A stretch of 56,093 nucleotides of DNA, counting the filler, from Sphacelaria rigidula (lineage: Eukaryota), in the NCBI GenBank assembly GCA_964200075.2. It is 4 parts of 4 records of this genome, joined end to end, with 100 filler letters (N's around TTAATTAATTAA, not from the genome) between each part and the next. Parts side by side here need not be neighbours in the genome. Positions count along the whole stretch, not along the records: positions 28,100 to 42,047 come from CAXNAA020002562.1; positions 42,148 to 56,093 come from CAXNAA020002563.1; 2 more parts are not named here. The stretch is one strand, 5' to 3'. Below, piece by piece: positions 35,921 through 49,300 of this stretch (position 1 is its first letter; each line of letters starts with the position of its first letter). Below the pieces are notes generated by a model. That model had not been told where the DNA came from. It saw nothing but the letters and a program-made list of their open reading frames with translations, and did not search any database. Made by a program: the position numbers and the translations under genes.

Positions 35921-38900
35921 GGAGGGGTTTGACATAGCCGTGTCACTGCTTTCACACCTACTCCTTACTCTGTATGGGGATATTTCGACGAAGTTCCAAT
36001 AATTGCTGCCCGACAATGGGCACTGGGTGGGACGTCACTTGAGGGAATAAAGACTACTTCGAACGCGCGGTCGCGATGTCGAAAGTCAGGGACATGTTGG
36101 TAGCTTCACGGTGCCTTAGCCCGCGAAAATGGAATCGGATGGAAGTGCGTTTCTTGCTGTACGTCACACCCGCAAATCCCCGTTATTCCGAGCGACAATT
36201 GACCGCTCGGGTGCAAATAGCCACAGATCAACCCGGGTCAACCACTGGAAGTGTGCGAAAAAAACGAGTTTATTTTCCGCCATGGGTCACAAGGCTACAT
36301 TCGTCGTATTCACTCGAACTATTTGATCGCGAGTCAGGGAACAGTCCAGACGGATGAGCCGCATGTTGTCGTCATCAGTAGATGGTGCTCGCGAATAGAG
36401 GGGAAGTTGCTCAGCCAGTACTGGGCGTTTGAACTGGTAATTCTGGTACTTTCTTCGTGATTGGCGGTTTTGTCAGAATGTTTCGCTTGCCACCGCTGAT
36501 CATATTGAGGATCTGAAAATACTTGTATCTGCCCCCTTTCCAACAAAAATAAAACATACACACTCAATACTGTGACACTTCCGGACGGAGGGTCATCGGG
36601 GGTCCTGCCACGTCTCAACCCAGATTCTGACTCAGCGATATTTTCGGTCGATCGAGCCTGTCCCGATCGTATTTGTGAAGAAAAGTACAGGATTGTTTCT
36701 AACAGTGTACCCAATGATTGCACGAGAGCCAAGTAACTGTGTTTCACGGTCAACAACACCCTCCTGATAACCGGGGTATCTACTCGTACCGCCCGATAAT
36801 ACCAAGTAACACAGACTTCGGCACTGAGGGCAGAAGACGACATATTTATTTTACCAAAACCTACCGACACCCGCACTTTTGAGTTATATCGCTAGAAACA
36901 AGCCTTCTGAACCATTGACAGTTAAGGCGCCCAGTACTATATGTAATTTTGATGGCAGTGAAGTTCAGTCGACGATGTTGCTCCGAAATGCGGCTCCGTA
37001 CTCAATTAAAAAAAAGCTACGTCATGTTGTGTTTGCCCTCGCGACATGTTCAACCTTGTGGCATTTACCCCTTCTATTACGATGGCCATTCCGCGATACG
37101 CGTACAATACAATAGTGATGCCCAGATCTACATTCATACTACGGTACCGTACAGAGTCGAAGGGTATGATACGATATTTTGTTCGGTAATATGACATACC
37201 CTGACTTTTTACAAAGTAAAATACTGTGTATGAAGACACCATACACCCACGGAGCAGGCAACACGCCTCCACCACGAATCCTAACTAAACATCGAAGCAC
37301 CACCACAACAGTATCATAGTGTACAGTTGCACAGGTAGCACCATAGCTCTGAATATCAAGATTTCGAGTGTGGAGTCAGGGGAGCGAGGCGTTGAGAATG
37401 AGCTGTGCGCGGATCATGCCCTGCACCTTAAGATCGTGCCGGTCCTCGGGTATCACGAACGGATGGGCACCCTTGCTGCGACGACGCGCCGCCCCCTTAT
37501 CTCGCGGCAGCTTGCCACCGGGCCTGGCTGGGAGTTCCCCAGATAAAACACGAGCTGTCATTTTTTCTTGATTTCTCCCACAACAAGCAGCCTTTGTGGG
37601 CTTACAGTTACGATATGCACGTGATCTTCAAGCCGGAAACACGGAACCAGCAGCCGTACACGTATGACCGCACTTGTTGTTTTGCTCTTAGTTTTTTCAA
37701 CGGTTTCATTCTACTGTTTTTCATTCTTCATACTAAATCACATTGAATCATAACCCGTTGGTCATCCAGCATACCTCGAGATGTCCTTGTTCAACCAAAC
37801 GGCTGGAAAATAAGCTACACAGCAGTAGGCCCTGGCCTATCAGGCATGCCTTACTTTTTGCCTAAGGGCCCCTTCTCAGAAAGGGGTTGCCTGAGACGGT
37901 GTTTGATCCCTGAGATGCCTCGTTTGCGCCAGGCAAACACTCAAGACATGAACACTCGACACTTATTGGGCGTCAGGCATGCCTGGGTTTTTGCGTGACC
38001 CCATTTTTTTTCGCCTGCGGCAGGCCTGATACATTAGCCTGAGGCACGCGTTCGGCGTGCATGATCGGCCAGGGCAACAGTTTGAACGGCGAGAGAAAAA
38101 TTGTGCGCTACTGTAAGTAAGGCTATGCAGCCTGTTGACTCATATCATATTCGTGTTTTTTTTTCTACCAGTGCTACTCGCAACGCGGGCGCATGTTGAA
38201 ATATTGCCCAACGCACTACGATTCCTCCGGATTTTTTGTCCACTATTAATATTTTCATCGCCCAGTGTATGTATGGTGCATGTGTCGGCCGTGCCTGACC
38301 ATCATGAATGATATCATGCTACCATGCCATCAGGCCATCATGTGGTGAGGAACATGCTCCTCTTACGGGTTAGCGTTGGAATCGGGCGTGGAATACTCCA
38401 TTATTGACCACCTTCCCACACGTCGGATAAATCATGATCTGTCCGAAATAACCAAAGAAGACTCTCGAATCTGTTGGTCCAAAAGCACAAGCGCGGAGTC
38501 AGAAAAGCCCAATCGTAACCTTTGCGCTACTCGGAGTGCTCGGGGTCCGGCGCTGTATGAAGCTGACATGGAAAAGGGGGGCCAACTGATCCGGATCATG
38601 ATCCGAATCAGTATACTGAGAAGAAGCTTTTTCAGACAGGCAATAATTCGTCCGACGTGTGCACTTTTCTAAGGGTCTTTCCTAGCGGGGAGTCCTTCGT
38701 ACGAATCTTGTCAGTGAAGTCAAACCTCGTCGAGTACCAAAGCCAGTTTCCCCACTGTTGCACCTCAAATAGCCCAGGGGGTGAAAGCGTCAGAGCCATC
38801 CTACGATAGGGGGGGGGGGTATTTGATTGTACGAAAAAAAAGGCTGATAAGTGTGTCAGATGACCTACAACACTCGCGATGCGCTTGTATTTGGTTCAAA

Positions 38901-41035
38901 ACGGTGTCAATCGGTATGAACGAGTGTTATAAATCTATTGTATAACAAGCTCGTTCGAGCAACCGTTGCTGATTTCAGCGACGATTCGCCTTGGAATTTC
39001 GTGCAAGAAGTGGCCCAAAATACCCCCCCCCCCGCCCCTTCGTAGGATGACTCGTCAAATAAATGTCAATTCTCAGAGGCAGTCCGTCCTGTCCAGCAAT
39101 ACACCAGATACAACCCACCGATGAGTGATGCCGCGATTGCTTCCCCCCCCCCCCACCCGGCCCCGAAACTGTCACGGAAAAAATGGCCATACAGCGCGCG
39201 ACAGCTCGTTTCAGACTTCATGAAGCCCCTATGGGCGACATTGGCGGAAATGACCCCAGGCATGGGAGTTCTCAGCTACTCGGGTGTGCTCGGCTTGTCA
39301 TCTTGGTTTACATGTAGATATTGCCTCCCCATATCATCCATTTTTCTTTATGTGTGTGAGGGGGGGAGGGGGGGGAGGGCAATCGTGGCATCACTCCGAT
39401 GCAATAATTCCGTGTGGTATATTTGTCTCGATGCTATCCTCGCACACCAACAAAAAACGCTGTTCAAAAACAATCACGTGGTGGAAAAGTTCAGTTCAGT
39501 CTGTATATACAGTGGACAACTTTCGTGAGCAATATCTAGCATTCAACACAGTTTATCCGTGCCCGCTGAAACGTAGCACTCTTTGTGACAACATTCGGCT
39601 CTGACATGCGACGAGATTATACATTCAACTTAGTGCCCGCTAGAAATGACACTAGAATCTTCCACTCTGGGGTGGTTAAATTTTGCTCCGACGCCTGACG
39701 AGATTGGCACTTCTGAAAAAACGCATGCTGAAAATGGTCGACAGTTTCTCAGGCAAAGTGCCAAGCAATTTTCTCCCCGTCATATGAGCAAACGGTAGTC
39801 CCACCGCAGCTTTGCTTGGTCGAGTTTTACACCTATCTCGCCGACGTCAACGACCCGAGCGCACGGTCACGCTCTGACGATGACCGCGAAAGCTTTGGCA
39901 AGGATGCGACAGCGATAACTTTCTCTCGTGAAGAACAAATACATCCAAATCGGAGTGATGACCATGCTACACAGATTTCATTTTGCAGCCGGTTTCGAGT
40001 CCATGTATTGCAACATCGAGAACTTTCAATCACTTAGATTTCATTGTGTGAACGCTCCTGCAAATCGAATACCGAAATAGCCACACACTCAAAATCTCTG
40101 CACTCATCAGGAGTAAAAAAGTAGGGCTGATGCCCAGCAAGTCTATTTGTAGCAGCCAGGCCCGAAAATTGCGAGCGGATTCCTCTTCGTACATGTTCCC
40201 AGGCGCTATCAGTACTGCTGCCGACGGCATTTACCCCGACAAGTCGACCCAGGCGGTGCTATCTTCCTGGCCGAACGAACCAAGCAGATTTGGTTGCACT
40301 GTCCCGATCAATCCCAAGCACCTACTGTTACATGAACAGGACAACAATTTCAGGGCTGTTAATCAAGAAGACGAAGTGGCGACACGTATCACACCCTTCT
40401 TTCGTCGGCGCCTGGAATATCAGGCCCCCTATTGTCTATGGAAAGGGTCGAAACAAGCGCGTCATCTTCGCAAGTTTGAGCACATGTATTCCATCGCCAG
40501 CCGAGCCTGAAGGGGAACCATTTGCAGGTAAAATCATACCGCACTCGTGCCTGTACCCATCCTGCAGGAATTACAACCCATCCATGGTGAACAATTTATC
40601 GTGATTTTCGTGACTACATCGCAATCTGGTCACAGCAATATCCCCGCACATGACTGCAGAACCCCTCAACCACCTTCCTCCGAGATTATCTACTAGAACC
40701 AACCAAGAGCCAGTGTACCTGTCGTCTATACCCCTCCCCCCCCTCCCCCCTCTCATGACACCTTACCCCTTTCACAGAAAAAAACAACGTTGAAAAAATG
40801 TTCCTCCTATTTCTCAACCATTCGATTTTCGACTAAAAAAGGGAACAAAACCGCGAGTCAAATATGACTGCACACGGCGACGCAACGCAGCATTCAGCGG
40901 TGAAAAACGTTTCATCGCCCGACAGCTTTTTTCGACATGAAACTTCCTTGGGAAAACATCAAACATACACTACATCCACTTGTCTGCCGAACTAGAAAAC
41001 AAAACCAAGGAAAAAACCATAAAAAGCAAACATAT

Positions 41036-41149
41036 TTAGTTGGCAGCGCGCAGTACGTCTACCACAGACTTGAAGGCGAACCACTCCGGTATGTCGTCAC
41101 CGCCGCGAAGCATCTGGCGGAACTTGGTGCCCGACAGCGATTTCTTTGT
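41036..41149 (-). CDS. sat: ATP sulfurylase (sulfate adenylyltransferase), terminal exon
   Basis: After a CAG acceptor: TKKSLSGTKFRQMLRGGDDIPEWFAFKSVVDVLRAAN-stop, the characteristic C-terminus (SGTxxRxxL..PxWF..V..L) of ATP sulfurylases. Upstream exons not found on this contig. Confidence 0.85.
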   Translation of the reverse strand, partial: TKKSLSGTKFRQMLRGGDDIPEWFAFKSVVDVLRAAN

Positions 41150-42047
41150 CTGGCGGCGTCCAAAAAGTGTGTATCGGGAGGGGGGAGGGGAGGGGCGGAC
41201 GAATAACGTCTCAAGACGTGTTCAATGTTTCAAAGCAAGGCTCTCGCTTGGCGTAGGCACCTTGATCAAAACACGTGCCTTTTTTTCGACACAGGGAAAC
41301 AGCGGGGCGGGATCCTCGCAAATGCATTGCCGTGACGGGTGAGGGGGGTCATCGCCTTGGCTGTCCCGACAGAGGAATGCATATTGCCACTACTACGAGA
41401 ATACCAGTACGTGTATATGCGCACTATTCTTCGACACTGCAGCTCGCATGATCGACGCGACGAGCATGGTGCATGAAGTTCCCCATCGCGTCATGAGAAC
41501 GTGATGTAGGATTATATATATATATATATATTGATGGCAGGCGAAAAGACAAACGAACTAAAAGTCGATGGTTGTGATTTCTGTCGTAGCACAGGGAAAG
41601 TCGAGGGTGTTCGTGTTGCTCACTGCCACGTACGATTCGCAGGCACCAAAATGCGGAAAGCTCTGCACTTACATCGTACGCGCAAAGTTACCGACCAGTT
41701 TCCTGCCCACGCGGTGGGGAATGAGGAGAGACAAAAGCAGCACCCGCGAGCGACAACGCTATGCTCCTTGTGCATATTACATGGCTCGACTGACCGCGTG
41801 GAACGCTGACACTCAGACGTTGGCAAAGCAAAGAACACTGCACTGTGTGGCCATGAAAGTTTCTCCCCTTTTCACATGTGCAATAAAACTGCTCTGAGGA
41901 CCGACGCCCGGATGGGCAGGGTGACTCGTGTACAGACTCGAGGTAGGGGACATTGTAGGCGGTTTGGTCGGTGAGGGACATTTTTGTTTTATTTCCCAAG
42001 TCCGACACGACCTGGGCGGTGGGGCACTCCCACCTTGGTGCCTACCC

Positions 42048-42147
42048 NNNNNNNNNNNNNNNNNNNNNNNNNNNNNNNNNNNNNNNNNNNNTTAATTAAT
42101 TAANNNNNNNNNNNNNNNNNNNNNNNNNNNNNNNNNNNNNNNNNNNN
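42048..42147. other. Artificial contig spacer
   Basis: N44-TTAATTAATTAA-N44. Confidence 0.98.
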
Positions 42148-43330
42148 CCGGCTTTGTAGGGATGCAAGGTCAACGGTCTTATGACTATAGCATGCATGAT
42201 CATGAGTACACCCCCCCCTACTCCCCAGGGATTCAGCCGTGGTCACATGATCAATGGTTATTCATCCAAAACGTTTCAGTTCAGGCAGGCACAGGCATGT
42301 AAAGTTGTGAAAGGCTGCACTGGATTTCCTCCACACTTGAAAGCGTCCCCACCCCCGTCCGGGCCCTTGCCCATTCTTGTACGTCTCACCGCGCCCAAAA
42401 TCTGCCAAATCACTGCAATAATCCCGAACGGAGAGGAGAAGAAGACCAGCGGGAGTACAACAGCAGCCAGTCGGTCCGGGGGGCACACCAGCAACAGTGC
42501 AATCGAAGGTCAACGTCAATACACAGCGGGGTGATTTAGTTACAAAGCAACAAGGACAGGGCAGAATGTCGAGGAAGGGCATGAGAGTGGGAGAGGGAAC
42601 GTTGGAGTAGCAAGCTTTGGTGTTGAGGTGATTTTGAGTTTGCAGCAAACGGAACACATTCTTCCTCTCCCTTCGGTTTCTGCATAGGGTATACCCACTC
42701 AATGTATGGCCATAAACGACAGCATAATCTCAAATACTTTCGAAGGGAGCATCAATCTCGCCGGCGAAAATGATCCAGGACACAAATACGATGTTTGTCA
42801 TGTTCATGTGACCTTCTGATACGTGGATAGTGTAGCAGCGTCCGTCGAACATTTCCTGTTGAAATATACACCAACACAAATCAAGCCGCATGCACTTTGT
42901 GGCCAAGAGTCACCGGAACAAACAGAAGAATCCTCAAGAGCGAACAGGAGAGAATCGCAGCAGTGATTGGTCGTTTTCGTCGCATTTGCTGCTTGGCTTG
43001 AGATCCAGCTTTGGTGATAGGATTGACGTGCCGCCCACAGCTGGAAACACTCGCTAGTGGGACCTCGATAAGTCAGGCGAGAGTGCGAAATCAAAGGAGG
43101 AGAAAATGAGCAAAAGTATGCCGCATAGGCGCCAGGCTAAGGATAGGTGACGATTCAAAGGAAACGCCCCACTGACACCTTGCCAAGCCATGCAACAAGC
43201 AGAAGGAAGGCCTGTGAAGTCCATCTCCATTGATACCTCAAAAGGAACAGGTGAAAGTCGGACACCAGTGACGATGCAGTACTCAGGCTACTCGCCGTGA
43301 CCCCAATACGCTGCCTCCAGAAGAACTCAC

Positions 43331-46300
43331 CAATGACGATCTTCAGTTTGGACAATGGTAGCTTCGACCACAGATCGATTATGCGATCGGTGACGCTGGT
43401 CCTCTTTCCCGCTTCCCCCGGCGCTTTACCATGTCTCGCGATCGCCGGCGCCCCGTCGTCGAGGTCTTTATTTTCTCCGGTCGGCGCAGTGGCAGCAATC
43501 CGGATTCTCCTGCGCGTGCTGTTGTTTTTCATGTCACCAACCGCTAGCGCGCGATTGTGACGTGGCTGTTCGTAATGTTGCTGCGAGGATTGCATCCCTC
43601 CCCTTGGTGAGACGATCCCTCCCCTTGGTGAGACGCCGACGATGCCGTTGATGCGTGTAGCCGTCGGTGAAGTTGGCAAACCTCTATTCCCCCTTTCCTC
43701 GCTGACGGGCTTGACAAGGTGTGATGGGACAGCGGTGCCGCCGTCCCGTTCGCTTTTGACGAAAGTCTTAACGGAAGACGGATCGTGGAACGCCCCTACT
43801 TCCCAAGAGGGCCGCTGCTCTTCCAAGGCGTGGCGTTTGTCGTTATTCGTGGCCGTCTCCCGCACCATAATAGAAAAACTGTCAACGCCGCCTCGGTGGG
43901 CACCGTCCCGACCTGATCATCATAGATGTACCGGCGATTACAAACAAGAAGGGCCAAGGAACACGAAGCAAAGAAAAACAATAACACTTCGTGCCTGTCC
44001 CACTTTACGGTTTTCTTTACTTTCCTCCAGTGAGTGCCCGTTTTATTTTATCTTGGGGTATATCACTAATGTGACCACGGCTGGCTCCGTGGGGGATCCG
44101 TTAATGTGCGACAACCCATCAATCAAGTAGTCGATTGCACACACACGTATGTATACACGTATCTAGCTTGTCTCTAGCGAGCGTAGATTGAGTGCGATAA
44201 ACTCATAAGCCGAACATGGACGATCGCGGCAGCTACGCGCGTAAAAAAAAGCGCTGAAGAGCAACTGAATGCTCGGCCTACCTCGCCCGACAGTCCCGAG
44301 TATCTCCCGAGTCCTTTGTTTGGTGGACCTCACGGCTCCTTGACCACCGACCTAATGGCGCAGTAAATAGAGCGCAGGTCGGGTACAACTTGTGCATCAA
44401 AACGGTAGCGCGTGGGGATAAGACGGGATTTGGTTAACGAGATGACTCGCTAAACGAGCACGCCTTAGAGGCTGCATACTCAAGAACACCGACGGTCCGG
44501 GTATCAGCATTCGGTGATGAGAGACCAGTAGAGCACATAAATGGTTGTGCACAGCATGCTTTTTTTCCAAGCAACGCGTGAAGTAGTTGCTATCTCGTCA
44601 ACCCCTTTAATGGTTTGATCGCTGCACGGCGAATAGACTCGCGCTTTGTTTCCGCGCAACATACACGACCACGGTGACGGCAAATGGAGCGTTTCATCGG
44701 TAATTTTGTTTCGATCGGGTACACAAGCATCCCCGAGTACTTGTTGGCTCACAAATGAGTCAGAAAATAGCATCAATGCTCGCTTGACAACCCACGTAGC
44801 GCACATACGCTCTCCAGACACAGCACCTTCCACGTTGTTAGACAAAGCACCGCTGAATTCTCCCATCTCATGTGCACGGTAGACATCATATAGTGCAAGA
44901 AGGTTGATCCGATGCGCCCGGGACCATCAAAACGTGACTTTCCCTCCTGCCTTGAGCGTGAATACTGAAACCCACAATTCTGTAAAATTGTTTCGTCTTA
45001 CCAGATATATCACCACAACAACCGTCAACATGAACGTGATGAGCGTCGCCAGCGCCGCCAGGGAGTACATGGCGCGCTTGAAATGGCCGGTGCACAGGTG
45101 ACACTCGTTGCCCACTCCTTGGCCGTACCCCGCAGAACAAACCGCGCAGTCTGAGAAAAGTGCAACGAAGGCTAAATTTAACCGGGGGTCAAAAGGTTTG
45201 ACGACCGTGCATACTCCACCGACAAATGGATCTGACCCACTCTGCGCCAGCACAAAGTTGTCTACCTCCCAGTCGTCACAAGAAACCATTTGAGCACGGC
45301 ATTGTGGAGTACCGTCACTGATTCCTCGCAACACAACAATACTCCGAGGGGAGGATTGTTTCTGGAAGTATTGATACGTGCATATCTTCGTGCGTTTGTT
45401 GTGCTGTGGGAGTCAGACGTGAATACATTGTTTTGAAATTAAAAATGTATCATGTCTTCTCGCATTGAAAAACACTAACGCGACTTGGCATCTTGGAAAC
45501 CGTTGGTGCACCCTCCAACGACTCATATCTCATCATAGCGGTGACTTACATGGTCCTTTATAACCGCGGCTGCAGTATTCATTCACATCCTCCACGTTTG
45601 ACCCACCCTTGCAAGCAGCCTGATAAATGACCATACACGGGAAGGGTGAGAGAGAGGGGGGGAAAGCAGCGAGCGTGACCGCAAGACTGGGAGCCTCGGC
45701 CACTGGACAAAAGTAGTACACAACCTCGGAGTCGCAATTCGGTCAAGGAATGCATTGTTTCTTCACAATCAGATTTGTATCCATCGTAGCTCGTGACACT
45801 CTCGTCTCCTCCTCATTCTCTGAGCACGCGTCGTCCTCTTCCATCATGACCATTGATCCTCAACCTGTAGCTAGGTATTTTTGCTTTTGACCCACATATC
45901 GTACACGAGTGCTTCTTGTCACATACGACGTACGTCCTCACATAGTTAAAGCACTCCCGGATCGAAGTATCGCTCAGGTTGGCCCGCCAGTAGCCCGCAG
46001 TAACTGGTAAGGTCTTGGTCGACACTCCAGGGACAGAGCAGATCAATCCCTGGAAGTTGCAAAGTGAAAACAAGTGACGAGTGAATGACCTGATCGAACG
46101 TGTGAACCCCAACGAAGAGGAGGGGTACGGCCACTTCCGAAATACTCTAAGAATCGTCTCCGGCCGAAAATGCGGACCAAGGCGAATTCTCCGCCGCATG
46201 GACCACCGGTCAGGATTGAAATTTGGGGTTCGACGGTGAATCGTCTCGACGTATAACCTGGTGCAGCCGTCAGCACCAGCCGTCACATATCCAATATAAA

Positions 46301-49300
46301 TCGCAAAAATGCACAAATGTCCCAGAAGCAACGTACACTTGACCTCGATCGAATTATTTGCGGTGGAAATATCTCTCATGGTCTCCCGCTTTCCTGCTTG
46401 ATCTCACCTCGTCCCCGTTCATGTCGGCATCGGTGCACAGCTGACAATACGTGGAATTCCAGAACTTCCCAGCCGGGCAATGGAAGTAAGTCACGGTCAT
46501 GCTTACTTCTGCGAACGATGCCCTCTGCGAGGATTCGCGGTCTGCAGAGATACCCATGCCGTCGACACCAAATGTGATGTTTGTTGTTCCGTCAAAGTCG
46601 TCGCTTGGGCTGTTCGTCACCCGAAGGTTGATGCTGTTGTCCAGAAGGCAAAAACGCCACCGTCGTGGGATGAACAAAGGTGGTTCAAGTATTCTTCAGC
46701 AAAATTTGGACATACTATTGAAAACGGGTAGACCGCACTTTGGAGGTTCGCGGCTCATTCCAAGTTCAGCTGACATTGATTGTAATTGCGTCAAAATGTA
46801 TACGCATTATGTGAATGACCCTACCGCAACTTTGAACTGATCTGACTCCGTAGTGCGAACGGTGCTGATCGTGCAATATCGTAGGAAGCACCTTTTGTTC
46901 TGCACAGCTGATTTCGTAATTGCAGCGGCCGGTGTTGCTATAGCCGCACATGACAACCACCTAGTCGGGCGTGAAGGCATGACGGCGTTGGACGCACTCT
47001 TCAACCTCTCTCACACGAAGGAAACCACGACCAGTATAATGTTTTGACCGACGAAAGGTTCCTGTTCTAACCTCTGCCCGGGGAGGAGCAAGCCTGTCGA
47101 AGGAAATATAGTCCAGGGAGCCGAGGTGCCTGACGAAAGTGCGGATACGTTCCACACAACACCCGTTCCGTCCATCCGATTGCTGGTGCTGGAGTTAGTG
47201 CTGGTTGTTTGAAAATGATCGGACAGCAGCTCAAGAAGCAGGTCACCCTCTAAAACATGGGGCGGAAACGTGATCTCCGGAGATGTGACTACGCTGAGCG
47301 ATAGGCGGCCAGCCTGGTTGTCAAGACACGTCTGTTAGCGAGCGGGGCAGCAGGGTGCAAAATTTCGTCGGGAGGCACTTTACTGAGAGAGTGGGTAAGA
47401 TGGAGTAGCGACAGTACATGAAGACTTTCGCGGTTGGTATGGCCCAGGTGCCGTTTGCTCATGAAGAAAGTAATGAAGCAACAACATGGTCTTGAGTGAG
47501 GTGACTACCGAAGGAAGATTTCAATATGCCAGATTTCTCCCCATGTTCGGGTCTCGGAGGCATGAGGAAGACATACATCACCGGTGGTTTTGGGGTCTAC
47601 CAAGCTGTCTACCACCGTGTGCGAACGCCCGAAGAAGGCTGCCTCAAACGCCATCTGTACATTGCACTGACATTGGCACAACTGCTTCCTCTTCATTGAA
47701 CTCTTAATGACACCCCACGAAGGACCTCGGGGGTATGGTATGGCTGGCAGATTTTTCTCCATTGGATTGACTCGGGCAACTATGGATCAGTGGTCAGCTA
47801 TGATATGTTGACGTGAAACAATTTCATTCCCCCTAAATCACCTTAACGTAGTTCAGGAACTGCAGTTTTCGGGGGTTCATCCTTCTCGAAATCGGAACCT
47901 GGAACATCTAAGCGAGTATTCGCATTGAGCCGAGCTCACCTCTTCGCCCGACACGCGGGAGTAACACTGACAGTAGACCCCCACGTCTCCGACCGCGCAC
48001 GCCGATCCTTCGCTGCAGGGCGGGGGCATCGTTTTCCCGTCGGCCACACCGCCATCGCATGTGAAGTCGACGTTTGCCAAGCTGTCCGCTGTCGGAGTGG
48101 TCCCGAACTCATCAGCTGCGGCAATAAACCGCGCAACTGCAGCAGTTGCACACATCAACGAAAACCAACTTGAACCAAGATGCAGACGGAACGTTCAACC
48201 GACTCCTCGATGGCGAACGTTCGGAGTTCCTATTTTCAAGGAATCATGCGCACATGAAACTCAAGCGTCGACAATAGCCTTTGGGTTGGCATGTGCATCA
48301 ACTGAACGTGTCTGCTTCGCCGTCAAAGGGTTTGGATCACTGGTTAGAGGCGAAGTCTGATAACCAAACATGACCAAAAGTGCAAGAAAATGAATAAGGA
48401 ACCAGTCAACCTACTGGAGCGATGCTCTCATCGAAGTAGTAAGACTCACAGTTCATATCGCCGAGCAGGGCGTTGCGTACGGTGGTTGAATTTGTCCCCT
48501 CAGCCTGTACCAGGACTGATGCCGAGCTTGCACTGAAGTCGCAGTTGTCTAGGACAAGATTGCCTTCGCTAAAGACCATGACCTGCCACCACAAATACAA
48601 GGCACAACGCGGTGTCTTCAAAAACTCAAAACGTTTCCCTTAGACCGGACCGACTGATTCAGCTCACTTCCTTCGTGCCAGAATGTTCCTTATGGCATGG
48701 GAGGTGACTATACAATGCGCTGGCTTGGCTATGAAACATCACTCCACCGTGTACTATCGCCATGATTAAGCTTTATCACAACATCGTACGACATTCCAAG
48801 AAAAACATAACGCCGGAAGAGTGTGCCCAACACGAGATTGTGCACCATGAATCCAACGAGAACATTACACGGCACGAACGCGCTTCGAACTTGGCTCCCA
48901 CTCGGCGTAGAGTTGTTATCAATCAATCTCCGCGGCAAAATAAGGCATATGCGCTTTCGACCGGGCGTACCGTAAACCGGCCAAACCATGGTCCTTGGAC
49001 AGGGCAAAGAGTAACCCGCAAAGCATCGAATCGGTCGAAACATGATCAAAGTTGGGAGTTTAGTCCCCCATCAGCGCCGATTCCCAGGGGTTAATACTGA
49101 TTCATTTGCGCACCTGATCGTCAAACCCCGAGAACGACGTGGACTCCGCTTCGAAAGTGGAATTGCCGTCTATTTGCACCGCTGTTACGCTGGTGGAAGT
49201 CGCAGAATGGTGGAACTCCACCTGCAGGAAGTGAGTCGAAAGCGATGCAGAGAGCGAAAGAAATCCGACGGTTTCACTAATGCCAATGTATCCCTGCGAT

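Noticed and set aside
39800-40560. Possible decayed DNA transposase fragment
   Set aside because: No catalytic or zinc-finger motif could be recognised with confidence.
13952-42147. TTAATTAATTAA palindrome inside N runs (three times), and apparent linkage of neighbouring regions
   Set aside because: Identical 100-nt artificial spacers between length-sorted contigs; adjacency across them has no biological meaning.
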